DNA of 35,315 nt from Synergistaceae bacterium (GCA_017417365.1 JAFPZI010000005.1:1-35315); one strand, 5' to 3'; positions 1-9,213 are shown, counted from the first letter of the stretch. A program made the numbers and translations. The notes: a model not told the origin generated them from the letters alone.

Positions 1-105
1 TTAAGAGGCTGTACGGATGCACTATTAAGTGAAATATGTACAAAGGCTATATCGGATAAATTTTCATGAAAAAGGCTGACTAACTCCTCAGGCAGTCATG
101 ATTGT

Positions 106-134
106 GGAAAATCCCCGTCATATTTCAGGCGGGG
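106..134 (-). terminator. putative rho-independent terminator downstream of the GT2 gene
   Basis: The stem 113-119 (ccccgtc) pairs with 128-134 (ggcgggg) around an 8-nt loop. On the minus strand the hairpin is followed by a T-run (A-run 108-111 on +). It lies 7 nt past the stop of ORF 142..1149. Confidence 0.4.
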
Positions 135-141
135 AATTAAT

Positions 142-1149
142 TTAGAAGCGTTTGAACTTCATGTATAGAAGCCTGTAGAGTCTCAGGCTGTACTTGAAGA
201 TTACAAGTTGGGCCTTCTTGAACGGGCGTATGTGTCTGCATCTAAGGACAGTAAGCGGCTCTATCTCCTTCTGAACCTGAGAGATATAGTCCATGTCGTA
301 GTCATTGGCCTTGATCATATAGTTAGCGACTTCCATTTTGCAGCACAGCAGACCCGTCAAAAGATTAATCCTTGCGGTCTTGTCATCAGGATTGAGCTTC
401 ATGCTGAAGTCAAAACATTCTTGGGCTGAGCTGGCGAAATCATAAGTCCTCTCGGAAAAAACAGCAGTAATTGACCCCTGACGATGAAAATAGTGATAGA
501 ACTCATCGCTTACAGAGAGAACTTTCTCTGCTCTGGCCAAGACCTTATAGATGGTGTATATATCCTCGTGAAGTCTGCCAGCAGGGAAGGCCACACCATC
601 AAATAAATCTGCCCTGAATAATTTATTCCAAGAAGCTACGTGTATACTCCCCTGAAAGAATATTAAGCTCAAAGATTTTGCACCGCTCATCAGTTCGGGA
701 GAGTGAATCTCCGCAGGATGGTAACGCTTTCCGTTCTCGTACTCGTGAATAAAGCAGAAACTGACTATATCCGCGTCGTACTCGTGAAGATACTTGTAGC
801 ACGTCTCGATAGTCTCCGGGTCAATCCAGTCATCACTGTCCACAAACTGGATATATTCACCTCTAGCCTCACGGAGCCCTACGTTCCTGACTTCTGCGAG
901 GCCCTGATTCTCTTGGTGGATCACTCGGATTCGCGGGTCCCTCAGTGCGTATTGGTCGGAAATTGTGCCGGTGCTGTCCGTTGAGCCGTCATCGATGATA
1001 AGAATCTCAAGGTTGGTGTATGTCTGTGCAAGAATGCTGTTGAGGCAGCGGGCAAGATACTTCTCTACGTTATAGGCTGGAACAATTACGGAAATCAGCG
1101 CATAAGTCTGCTCTGCTCTAACGCTATTATAAATTATTGGGTTTATCAA
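142..1149 (-). CDS. family 2 glycosyltransferase (GT-A fold)
   Basis: 335-aa ORF. The N-terminal VSVIVPAYNVEKYLARCLNSILAQTYTNLEILIIDDGSTDSTG and the FVDSDD (DxD) motif are the classical GT2 signature. Confidence 0.85.
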   Translation of the reverse strand: MINPIIYNSVRAEQTYALISVIVPAYNVEKYLARCLNSILAQTYTNLEILIIDDGSTDSTGTISDQYALRDPRIRVIHQENQGLAEVRNVGLREARGEYIQFVDSDDWIDPETIETCYKYLHEYDADIVSFCFIHEYENGKRYHPAEIHSPELMSGAKSLSLIFFQGSIHVASWNKLFRADLFDGVAFPAGRLHEDIYTIYKVLARAEKVLSVSDEFYHYFHRQGSITAVFSERTYDFASSAQECFDFSMKLNPDDKTARINLLTGLLCCKMEVANYMIKANDYDMDYISQVQKEIEPLTVLRCRHIRPFKKAQLVIFKYSLRLYRLLYMKFKRF

Positions 1150-1162
1150 GGTATATTCCCCC

Positions 1163-1192
1163 TAAAAATTCCCCGCCATGTTTCAGACGGGG
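1163..1192 (-). terminator. putative rho-independent terminator downstream of the GH13 gene
   Basis: ccccg (1171-1175) pairs with cgggg (1188-1192). On the minus strand a T5 run follows (A-run 1164-1168 on +). It sits 16 nt past the stop at 1208. The hairpin core is near-identical to the one at 113-134. Confidence 0.35.
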
Positions 1193-1207
1193 ATATTATG
1201 CAATATT

Positions 1208-3049
1208 CTACAGGTCAGCGAGCAGCCACAGGAACTGGTACCCCTCAAGCCTAATCTGCCCGATAGAGTTGGCCCTGAAGGTCGCGCCCGTTATCATGTT
1301 CCGATACTGGAAGAGCCCCCCGAGATTCTCGCTGGTCGTGATGGTCTGAGGCTCATCGCTGAAGTTGAAGAACGCCAGCATCTTCTCCTTCTGGGTCTTC
1401 TCACCGTAATAGCGTCCGATCCCCAGCACGTGGTCATTTGCCGTCTCGACAAGCCAAGTATCCGCAGAGTTCGAGAACACCGCCTGAGTGTCCCTAAGCC
1501 TCACCAGCCGGGTAACTGCGTCGAACACCCGCCCTTCGGGAGTCGTGAGGTCGTTGCGTTTTGCCGCGTTCTCCCAGCTGAACGCCCCCCGGTGAACGTA
1601 CCTGCTGTCTACGGCCTTGTCCGGGTCATCGTGGTACGTGTAGTCGTTCGGCTGCGCTACCTCGTCCCCGCTGTACAGCACTGGTATTCCGCTCTGCGTC
1701 ATCAGGAAAGCGTGAAGCATAATATCCAGCTTTATCGCCATTTCCTTATTCGCCGACTCTATTCCGCAAAGTGAAGCCGTAGTCCCGCACATTCTCGCGT
1801 CCCCGAGTTCTGGAGCGTCGTTGTAGGTCTCGCCCCTAGACGGTGAGTCCCTGAAGTCCCCCTTGAAGTAGTCGTTCAGGAATTTCTTGTGGGCTACCTC
1901 GTCGATTCCGAAGCGTCTCAAGAAGTCGTAATCGAGTCCCCAGCCTATGTCGTCGTGGCACCGTAAGTAGTTCAGGAACACGTATTCTTTCGGCAGGGCA
2001 AATACGCTCTCTAACTGGTGCTTCATCAGGCGGGTATCCTGAGTCGCTACCGTGTGCCAAGTGCTCGCCATAGTCGTAACGTTGTAGAGCATGTTGCATT
2101 CAGGCTTCTCGACTGTCCCGAAATACGGCACGACTTTTGACGGCTCCATTACGACTTCTCCGAGCAATAACGTACCAGGACACACGATTTCTGCGGCCAT
2201 TCGCATGATTCTCACGAGCGTGTGAACTTGCGGAAGGTTCCGGCAGTTGGTCCCGAGAGTCTTCCAGATGTATGGCACAGCGTCGAGGCGGATAATGTCT
2301 ATTCCCTGATTGCAGAGATAGAGCATGTTCTCGGTCATGTCGTTGAAGACTACTGGGTTCCTGTAGTTCAAGTCCCACTGGTAGGGGTAGAACGTGGTCA
2401 TTACGACTTTGCCGGACTCCTCGTTGAACGTGAAGTTTCCGGGTGCGGTTGTCGGGAAGACTTCAGGTAGATTCTGCTCGAACTGCTTCGGAATCTCCCA
2501 GCTGTCGAAGAAGAAATACCTGTCCTGAAATTCCTTCTCACCCTTGCGGGCACGTTTGGCCCAAGCATGATCCTCGCTGGTGTGGTTCATCACGAAGTCG
2601 AGGCACACGCTGATTCCCCGTGAGTGGCACTCAGCACAGAGGCTGGCTAAGTCCTCCATAGTGCCCAAATCGGGACGTACCTTCCTGAAGTCCGACACTG
2701 CATAACCTCCGTCGCTGCGTCCTTTGGGAGTGTCAAGCAGGGGCATTAGGTGAAGGTAGCTTACTCCGCATTCCTGTACGTAGTCGAGGTGGGATTTCAC
2801 GCCCTTAAGGTCCTTAGCGAAGCACTCGGTGTACATCATCATTCCGATAATGTCATTGCCAGCGTACCAAGTCGGGACGTTTTCGCGGGCCTCGTCGAGT
2901 TCGCGGAGGAGGTCATTGCGTTCCTCCCAGCACTTCTTGAGCATGTAGCAGAAGTAATCGAAGGCCTGTTTGTCGCTGCCGTAAAGCTCATAGTACAGCC
3001 ACTTCAATTCGTCGTAGTGTTTTGAGAGTCTGGATTCAAATTCGTTCAT
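1208..3049 (-). CDS. GH13 alpha-amylase-family enzyme, amylosucrase-like
   Basis: 613-aa ORF carrying the four GH13 catalytic regions: ISVCLDFVMNHTS, DIIRLDAVPYIWK, LLLGEVV and NYLRCHDDIGW. The N-terminal helical extension and overall length resemble amylosucrase-type enzymes. The exact substrate is not determinable by eye. Confidence 0.8.
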   Translation of the reverse strand: MNEFESRLSKHYDELKWLYYELYGSDKQAFDYFCYMLKKCWEERNDLLRELDEARENVPTWYAGNDIIGMMMYTECFAKDLKGVKSHLDYVQECGVSYLHLMPLLDTPKGRSDGGYAVSDFRKVRPDLGTMEDLASLCAECHSRGISVCLDFVMNHTSEDHAWAKRARKGEKEFQDRYFFFDSWEIPKQFEQNLPEVFPTTAPGNFTFNEESGKVVMTTFYPYQWDLNYRNPVVFNDMTENMLYLCNQGIDIIRLDAVPYIWKTLGTNCRNLPQVHTLVRIMRMAAEIVCPGTLLLGEVVMEPSKVVPYFGTVEKPECNMLYNVTTMASTWHTVATQDTRLMKHQLESVFALPKEYVFLNYLRCHDDIGWGLDYDFLRRFGIDEVAHKKFLNDYFKGDFRDSPSRGETYNDAPELGDARMCGTTASLCGIESANKEMAIKLDIMLHAFLMTQSGIPVLYSGDEVAQPNDYTYHDDPDKAVDSRYVHRGAFSWENAAKRNDLTTPEGRVFDAVTRLVRLRDTQAVFSNSADTWLVETANDHVLGIGRYYGEKTQKEKMLAFFNFSDEPQTITTSENLGGLFQYRNMITGATFRANSIGQIRLEGYQFLWLLADL

Positions 3050-3111
3050 GAAGAATCAATACTCCTTGTGAAAAATTTGGGATTGCTAATATTATAGCGT
3101 AAGAACGTAAG

Positions 3112-3145
3112 AAAAATTCCCCTGCCTCGTGAATTAAGACAGGGG
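3112..3145 (-). terminator. putative rho-independent terminator ending the flagellar operon
   Basis: cccctg (3119-3124) pairs with cagggg (3140-3145). On the minus strand AATTTTT follows (A-run 3112-3116 on +). It lies about 30 nt past the flgE stop (3174). Confidence 0.45.
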
Positions 3146-3173
3146 ACGGGAAAAATCTATGTGTCCGTGGGGA

Positions 3174-5735
3174 TTACCTCTTGAGGTTGACGACTTCCTC
3201 CAGAATTTGGTCGCTGACCGTTACAACTCTTGTGTTGGCCTGGAAGCCTCTCTGTGCGATGATGAGGTGTGTAAATTCCTCAGTTAAGTCGACGTTGGAC
3301 ATCTCGAGGTATTGTGCCATGATTGAGCCTTTGCCGTTGGTTGTGGCACCGTCAATGTTGGCGTTACCTGAGTTGACTGTTGCGCGGAACATGGTATTAC
3401 CGATTTTCTCGAGGCCCTGTTCGTTAGCGAAGGTAGCGAGAGCCACGCGGTAAAGGGGAATGTTTAGGCCGTTGTCGTAAGAGCCTGTGATAGTGCCGTC
3501 GACAGCGATTGAGTAGTTCTTGAGGACGCCCATAGTGTAGCCGTTTTGGTAGACTGGTTTAGTTGTGGTTTCTGAGGCGAATTGGGTAACGCCGTCGATG
3601 TTTTCTCCGCCCGCACCGACACCACCGCCGAAGTTGAGGGTTATTGTGCTGTTGGGCTGACCGTTGAGGCTGAAGGGTACGGTGATTTCGACTTCAGCGT
3701 TCGGGTATCTGTCGTTGCCGTCTCCGCGTCTGGACTCGCCGGAACTGTCGACTACATTGCTGATTCTGCCTGAGCCGTCGAACTCAATTTCTCCTGAGCT
3801 CGGAGTCGGGATTATGTTTGACAGAACGTCTTGGCCTGAGTCGTCCCTCTCAACTAGGAATGCTTCCCAACGCCAGCGGTTCTCCGTGATTTTCTTGAAC
3901 GTAACCTCGAGGGTGTGTTCTTTGCCGTTGTCGTCGTAAATCGTGGTCTTTGTTGCGTGGTAGACTCCCTGATAGAGTGTACCTTTAGTGTCCCACTGAC
4001 CGGACTCTGACGGAGAGTCTAAGTTCTGCGCCTGCTGGAAAGTTAATGTGTCAGATGCCGAACTTGCTGCACTGGAAGGATTAGGTGTAATCCTAAAGTT
4101 AGCTCCCACTGTAGCATCATCACCAATGGCAGTACCTGATGCTACCCTGTAACCCTGAGGGCAATAAGAGTTAACGTCGCCGGTGTTATTCCAGTCTAAC
4201 CACTCTACGGAGTCAAATGTACCGTCCGTGTTGAAATACACATTAGCCTCCATCTTATGCATACTTTCAACCATATTGCCGGCCCTCGCGTCTGCATCAC
4301 TAATACCGTAATACCAGAGCGTCATCGTTGAAACCGTCTTTGACAAGCTAGACGGGACTCCCTCAGCTATGTCGATGCTTTCATCAAATTCAACTATGAA
4401 ATCGTAACTCACTTTTCTGGCTTCGGGACCTTGAGCCTGCGGAGGATTGTTATCATCAGGGTACATCACTGTAGGAGAACCTGAAAGCCGGAAGTTCGTA
4501 TACTTCATGTTATCCTTTATGCTGTACGTGAAGACTGTCGGATTTACAGCGAGCTTGTCAAATACCCCATTATCCCTGTCAGCTGCAAGGCCTCCGTTTG
4601 TTGCTGATACTTCCTGACCATTAAGCGTGAGGGTTATTGAACGAATCTTCATTGTCCCTGACTGGTCATCGTACTGTACAGCAAAATATGTCGGGGGTGT
4701 CTGTCCGGGAAAAGCATAGACAGCCATATATTTATCAAGCGTACTCTGAGGGGTGGTATCCGCAAGGTTAGCAATTTCATCTGATGTTACAAAGTTCATG
4801 CTGTCATTAATCCAGCCCAAGAAACCGTCATCTCCGCTGGCCTTGCTGAACGTGTAACTGTAATTAGTGGGAATACCGTTTGCGTATTGTGTAGGTGTAG
4901 CTGTGATATATGGCAGGCTAAGATTCGGCAGTCCGGCCTCGTTATCTATACCAATCATATCAAACGTGAGGGTTGTTGTACTTCCTCCGTTCTCAATCGC
5001 TATGTCAAGGTATCCGACTCCGGGTCTTGCTGTGTCGGTGTTTGCAGTTGCGTCGAAGTTAGTCGTGAAGCTCATATCGTAATCCGTGCCGTTCATAGAG
5101 ATTGCAGCTTTGCCTGTAGTACTTCCGTTCCAGTTGGCAGTAACGTTAAACGGCAGATCCGCAAATCCATACGGCAAATACGCTCTGCTCCGGCTGTCCA
5201 AGTTGCACTGATAGTCCACCTGCGTCGTGCGCTTCGCGTCTATCTTCTGCCCCAGCGGAATATTCACCGTCGACAACTCCGCCGCCTGCTGGTACCCGTC
5301 TAACGGTGTATCCTCAATCTGATACCCCTGCAATCTGTACCCCGTCCCGGACAACACCGCATCACTGTTCCCGTCAAGCACCAACGCCCCCGACCGGCTG
5401 TAGATCTGCTGATTCCCGTCCTGGTACACAAAGAATCCCTTATCCTGAATCATCATGTCCAGCGGGTTGCCGGTGTACTGCCCTGAACCCTGCGTGTGAA
5501 CAGTCTCAATCGCCGACACACTCACTCCTAGTCCTACCTGAGCAGGGTTGATTCCTCCGCGTGAATCACCAGCCCCAGAAGCGTACTTGTTCGCCTGATA
5601 CATCAGGTCCGCGAATATCGTCGTGTCCTTCTTGAACCCCGTCGTGTTTGCGTTGCTTATGTTATTGCCCGTTACGTCGAGCATCGTTTGGTGAGCGCGA
5701 ACACCCGTTACTGCCGTGAATAATGATCTTAGCAT
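3174..5735 (-). CDS. flgE: flagellar hook protein FlgE (large form, 853 aa)
   Basis: The N-terminus MLRSLFTAVTGVRAHQTMLDVTGNNISNANTTGFKK and the C-terminus EEFTHLIIAQRGFQANTRVVTVSDQILEEVVNLKR are the conserved rod/hook D0 segments. A FlgE D2-like block (TIYDDNGKEHTLEVTFKK..NRWRWEAF) is present. The gene sits directly downstream of flgD. Confidence 0.95.
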   Translation of the reverse strand: MLRSLFTAVTGVRAHQTMLDVTGNNISNANTTGFKKDTTIFADLMYQANKYASGAGDSRGGINPAQVGLGVSVSAIETVHTQGSGQYTGNPLDMMIQDKGFFVYQDGNQQIYSRSGALVLDGNSDAVLSGTGYRLQGYQIEDTPLDGYQQAAELSTVNIPLGQKIDAKRTTQVDYQCNLDSRSRAYLPYGFADLPFNVTANWNGSTTGKAAISMNGTDYDMSFTTNFDATANTDTARPGVGYLDIAIENGGSTTTLTFDMIGIDNEAGLPNLSLPYITATPTQYANGIPTNYSYTFSKASGDDGFLGWINDSMNFVTSDEIANLADTTPQSTLDKYMAVYAFPGQTPPTYFAVQYDDQSGTMKIRSITLTLNGQEVSATNGGLAADRDNGVFDKLAVNPTVFTYSIKDNMKYTNFRLSGSPTVMYPDDNNPPQAQGPEARKVSYDFIVEFDESIDIAEGVPSSLSKTVSTMTLWYYGISDADARAGNMVESMHKMEANVYFNTDGTFDSVEWLDWNNTGDVNSYCPQGYRVASGTAIGDDATVGANFRITPNPSSAASSASDTLTFQQAQNLDSPSESGQWDTKGTLYQGVYHATKTTIYDDNGKEHTLEVTFKKITENRWRWEAFLVERDDSGQDVLSNIIPTPSSGEIEFDGSGRISNVVDSSGESRRGDGNDRYPNAEVEITVPFSLNGQPNSTITLNFGGGVGAGGENIDGVTQFASETTTKPVYQNGYTMGVLKNYSIAVDGTITGSYDNGLNIPLYRVALATFANEQGLEKIGNTMFRATVNSGNANIDGATTNGKGSIMAQYLEMSNVDLTEEFTHLIIAQRGFQANTRVVTVSDQILEEVVNLKR

Positions 5736-5837
5736 GTCCTCTACTTTCCTTTCTGCGTCCTCAGCGCGTGATTAATATTTAGGCGGGCGTTCTCCTGCTT
5801 CCTGCCTTAATGCCTCGTCCGTGAGAGCAAAATTATT

Positions 5838-6305
5838 CTAGCCGATTTCACTTACGCCTTCAACGTCCTCGAGAGCTACCTCGCCCTCCGTCGTGTCAAG
5901 CACAGTCTTTCCGTTCTGGTCAAACCACACGTGCTGGACGACTGCCGCAACCTGAGTCGCTTCTGCACCCTCGCCCTTCGTGAATGCTACTGCCTTCCCT
6001 ATGTACTGCACCGCGCTGAACTTGTTAGCCTCCGCCATTGTCTCTAGGGTCTTGTTCATGTTCTGCATCTGTTCGAGGCTCGAGAATGTCGCCATCTGTG
6101 AGATAAATTCCCTGTCCTCCATAGGGTTCAGCGGGTCCTGATTCGACAGTTCCGCAATCAACAGCTTCAAGAATGCGTCCTTGCCGAGCGTGTCATTCGT
6201 CGCCGTCGTCATGGCAGTCGTTGAAGTAGTTGGTGTCGTTGAAGTCGGCTGTGTTACGCTCAGAGCCGTTAAGTCTGTGTAATTAGTTACGTCCGTTACC
6301 GGCAT
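5838..6305 (-). CDS. flgD: flagellar hook assembly/capping protein FlgD
   Basis: 155-aa ORF with the FlgD N-terminal motif KDAFLKLLIAELSNQDPLNPMEDREFISQMATFSSLEQMQNMN. It lies between fliK and flgE. Confidence 0.9.
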   Translation of the reverse strand: MPVTDVTNYTDLTALSVTQPTSTTPTTSTTAMTTATNDTLGKDAFLKLLIAELSNQDPLNPMEDREFISQMATFSSLEQMQNMNKTLETMAEANKFSAVQYIGKAVAFTKGEGAEATQVAAVVQHVWFDQNGKTVLDTTEGEVALEDVEGVSEIG

Positions 6306-6318
6306 AATTTCCCCTCCT

Positions 6319-7935
6319 TTATGCTACCCACCAGAGCAGCCCCTCTTCAAGGTCTACGCGAAATTCTTCGGTGTCCTCGTCCTCTGTGTCCCCTGCGAAA
6401 TTCATCGGCCCCCTGTTTGGCTGTTCTTGGCCCTGCGGGTTGTGTGAACCTGAATTGTCCTGCTGAACGTCTACGGTAAATTCCGCCACTTGGACTCCCT
6501 GCTGGGATAAATTCATGCGCAATTGTGATAGCTGGTCTTGCACTAATTGTCGGATTTGCTCGCTCGCTACTTTAATCGACGCTTCAACTCCCGAAGTGCC
6601 CGCGGTCAGCTCAACCGAGATTCTCCCGAGTGCCGGAGGGTCAACGACAACGTTAGCCTTCTGGACACCGTCAGCGCGGATGAATCTCACAACGTTAGTC
6701 AGGCCGTCCCTAAGTGCAGTGCTCTGCGTGAAAGTCTCAGGCCCCCTAAGGCTTAACGGAGCTGCTGAAGTCCTCGAGGCTGTGCGTCTGGTGTTCAGGA
6801 CTCCCTCAAAGAATGCCTGAAAGTCCGTGCGGGACTCGGTCCTTCGGGTTGTCGCTGTTGAACCTGTGCGCTCTGTGGGGGTGCGTGAGTCGGCTCTGCG
6901 TGTCGTTGTGCGTGAACGCGTTGAAGGATTCCCGGACTCTGAGCCGGTGTGACCCTGAGTGGAAGGCTGACCCTGATTCTGGCTCTGACTCTGACTCTGG
7001 CCTTCGGGAGTCCCGCCGTCAGTATCCTCACGTAATGCTGTGTGAGTCCCGCGTTCGGTTAGCGGGCGTGTTTCCGTGCTGGGGGATTGAGACTCCTGCG
7101 GTGAGTCCGAGTCGGTCTTTTGTGTGCGTGCTTGCCGGAGCTGAACGTGAGCGGCCTGTGTCTGTCTTGGCCCGGGGGAGCCGAGAACGTCGGAGGCTTG
7201 CTCTGTCTTGGCCTGAACTTGCGGGAGTTCCTGATGAGTTACCTGAACAGCACCTTCTGCCGCAAGACTCAGCGCGATAATCTCGGGGGCAGCGTTGTCG
7301 GTGGTGATTGCGTCGTCGGAGTCCGAGCCGTCATCGTCAGAATCCTTCACGGGTGAAGAGTCCTGTTTTGGCTTGGACGCGGGAACTTCCGGGTGTTCTT
7401 GCGGGGCTTGTACGGTCATTGCCTCCTGAGGGGCCGGAACGGATTCGGGCACTTCCTCGTGAATTTCAGGGTTAGGGGTCAAAATTTCGCTGGCTGGTAC
7501 GCTTCCCTCTTCCGTGAGTGATTCACCTTGAGGCACCTGAACTTCAGGCCGGGAACCTTCCGTAACCGTCTGCGTTTTCTGTTCCGGCTTGGTCTTAGGC
7601 TGTGAGACTTCCTCCCAAATGATAACTTCCTCCGAGTCCTCAGCTTCAGGCGGAAGAGTCTCCGGCGTAACTTCCACACTATCACTCTCCGGCTCAGTCC
7701 CGGCGAGAAGGTCTATCACTCCCTGAGAAAATGAGTTGTTCCCCGTGAACGTCATAACCGGCTGCGATTCTTGTGGCGTGATGAGTAATTCCTCTTGGCC
7801 TTCGGGAAGTTCTGCTGTGAGTTCCGTAATGAGGCTCGCGAACAATCCCGGCACTGACTCCTGAGGCTGTGGGGTTACGGCTTGTGCTGTCTGAGGCTGA
7901 ATCTGTGTCTGAAGCAATGAGAATATATCTGTCAT
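6319..7935 (-). CDS. fliK: flagellar hook-length control protein FliK
   Basis: 538-aa ORF with a long low-complexity acidic and S/T/R/Q-rich centre. The C-terminal domain is hook-length-control-like (VVDPPALGRISVELTAGTSGVEASIKVASEQIRQLVQDQLSQLRMNLSQQGVQVAEFTV). It sits upstream of flgD. Confidence 0.85.
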   Translation of the reverse strand: MTDIFSLLQTQIQPQTAQAVTPQPQESVPGLFASLITELTAELPEGQEELLITPQESQPVMTFTGNNSFSQGVIDLLAGTEPESDSVEVTPETLPPEAEDSEEVIIWEEVSQPKTKPEQKTQTVTEGSRPEVQVPQGESLTEEGSVPASEILTPNPEIHEEVPESVPAPQEAMTVQAPQEHPEVPASKPKQDSSPVKDSDDDGSDSDDAITTDNAAPEIIALSLAAEGAVQVTHQELPQVQAKTEQASDVLGSPGPRQTQAAHVQLRQARTQKTDSDSPQESQSPSTETRPLTERGTHTALREDTDGGTPEGQSQSQSQNQGQPSTQGHTGSESGNPSTRSRTTTRRADSRTPTERTGSTATTRRTESRTDFQAFFEGVLNTRRTASRTSAAPLSLRGPETFTQSTALRDGLTNVVRFIRADGVQKANVVVDPPALGRISVELTAGTSGVEASIKVASEQIRQLVQDQLSQLRMNLSQQGVQVAEFTVDVQQDNSGSHNPQGQEQPNRGPMNFAGDTEDEDTEEFRVDLEEGLLWWVA

Positions 7936-7950
7936 GATGATTAATGCCTC

Positions 7951-8643
7951 CTATCGTTGGCGGGACATAGACATTAATTCTGTGATTCTTGCGGCCTTAG
8001 CTGGCTTGAGTTTGCTCATGATTGAGGCCCTTGCGTCGTTCGGGAGCTTCATCAAGAGCTCAACGGCTAATGCGTCCCTGAGCTGTTCGACAATAGCGGC
8101 GGCATTACGTGCGGACATTTCGCGGTAAGTCCGTGCTACCTGATTGATTAGCTCCTGTTCTGCCTCAGTTGGGCCTTCGGTGTCCTGCGTGGAACTTGCG
8201 GCCTCCTGTGCCTGAAGTCTGCGCATCCTCCTCGACACGTCCCGGGACAACTCAACGAGCGCGAGTTCACGGCTCTCGTAGACCTCCATGCGGGCAACGT
8301 CGCGGCTGTCCATCGAGCGTTCAAGAGCGTCAAGCCTTCTCTGCCACTGCTCAAGCTCAACGGCTCTGCGTTCACCCACACTCAATGCGTAGAACTCCGG
8401 CACCTGGAAGAACTCTGACAACTTAGGACCGAAGTAGGGAACTTTTGGGATGATCGTCCAGAATAACGGCCTGCCGTCCCAGATTCCGCTTAGGTGCATA
8501 CCCATAGCAGTACCGAGAGCGAGAAGCAATAACCACAAGAAGAACGTTAATTTCCCCATGCCCTTTTTCTTCTTCTTGCGGCGGACTATTGGTGTAGATT
8601 CCTGCGGGGCATCAGGATTAGGTGCGGGTCTTTCTTCAGCCAT
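7951..8643 (-). CDS. flagellar-operon membrane protein with C-terminal MgtE_N-like domain (YlxF/MotE-type)
   Basis: 230-aa ORF. It has a basic N-terminus (RRKKKKKG), one TM helix (LTFFLWLLLLALGTAMGMHL), a coiled-coil region, and a C-terminal AAIVEQLRDALAVELLMKLPNDARASIMSKLKPAKAARITELM. It occupies the same position as ylxF between fliJ and fliK in Bacillus-type fla operons. Confidence 0.6.
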   Translation of the reverse strand: MAEERPAPNPDAPQESTPIVRRKKKKKGMGKLTFFLWLLLLALGTAMGMHLSGIWDGRPLFWTIIPKVPYFGPKLSEFFQVPEFYALSVGERRAVELEQWQRRLDALERSMDSRDVARMEVYESRELALVELSRDVSRRMRRLQAQEAASSTQDTEGPTEAEQELINQVARTYREMSARNAAAIVEQLRDALAVELLMKLPNDARASIMSKLKPAKAARITELMSMSRQR

Positions 8644-9213
8644 TTAGCTCATCTCCCTTAGTCTGCGGTAAATCGCCATGATGTTTTTCACGTAACGTTT
8701 GGATACTTCTGGAATGTTCCCGGAGTCCACTCGGGCAGGTCCTGCGTTGTATGCCGCCAAAGCCTTCTCTATGTCTCCGTGATATTTATCGGTAAGGTCA
8801 GAAATGTATCTTACGCCCCCCTCTATGCACTGCGCCGGGTCGAAAGGGTCAGTAACCCCGAGCATTGCGGCAGTGCGGGGCATTAACTGCATGAGTCCCT
8901 GAGCACCTTTATTCGAGACCGCCCGAGTGTCCCATCCCGACTCTACCTGAATCATTGCCCGGATAAGTTCGTTGTCAATGTTGTATTTCTGTGCGCACTC
9001 GTCAATAACCTTCTTCAGTTCCGCGTAGCTGGTCTTGCCCGAAATCGCCGGTCCTGAAGGTGCGCCAGGTCTCTGTGTCTCAGCGAGAACGTCAACGAAC
9101 CTGCTGCGTGTTGGTCCGTGCTGCTGCTGGAAAATTTCCGGCATTAGCCTGCGGTTGATTTCGTCTATCCTGCTTAACACCCTTGCTATGTTGCTCATGT
9201 TCGGACCCATCAT
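8644..9213 (-). CDS. lytic transglycosylase (SLT domain), flagellum-associated by context
   Basis: 189-aa ORF with the SLT catalytic block ELIRAMIQVESGWDTRAVSNKGAQGLMQLMPRTA and a downstream AYNAGPARV. It overlaps the fliJ stop by 4 nt and abuts the next gene. Confidence 0.85.
   Translation of the reverse strand: MMGPNMSNIARVLSRIDEINRRLMPEIFQQQHGPTRSRFVDVLAETQRPGAPSGPAISGKTSYAELKKVIDECAQKYNIDNELIRAMIQVESGWDTRAVSNKGAQGLMQLMPRTAAMLGVTDPFDPAQCIEGGVRYISDLTDKYHGDIEKALAAYNAGPARVDSGNIPEVSKRYVKNIMAIYRRLREMS

Noticed and set aside
1-105. Possible gene end or small ORF at the left edge
   Set aside because: Only very short reading frames are present (under 10 codons from any ATG), and there are no recognisable motifs. 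It is probably intergenic or the untranslated flank of a gene outside the window.
1178-1774. 198-aa plus-strand ORF, plus many other 60-160-aa ORFs antisense to long genes (for example 4887-5303, 6813-7280, 9797-10285, 17667-18035, 22632-23075, 24034-24423, 25074-25559, 27372-27740)
   Set aside because: These are shadow ORFs on the opposite strand of, or out of frame within, genes that have clear family signatures. Their translations are Arg/Ser/Pro/Cys-rich, with no recognisable motifs or ribosome-binding sites.
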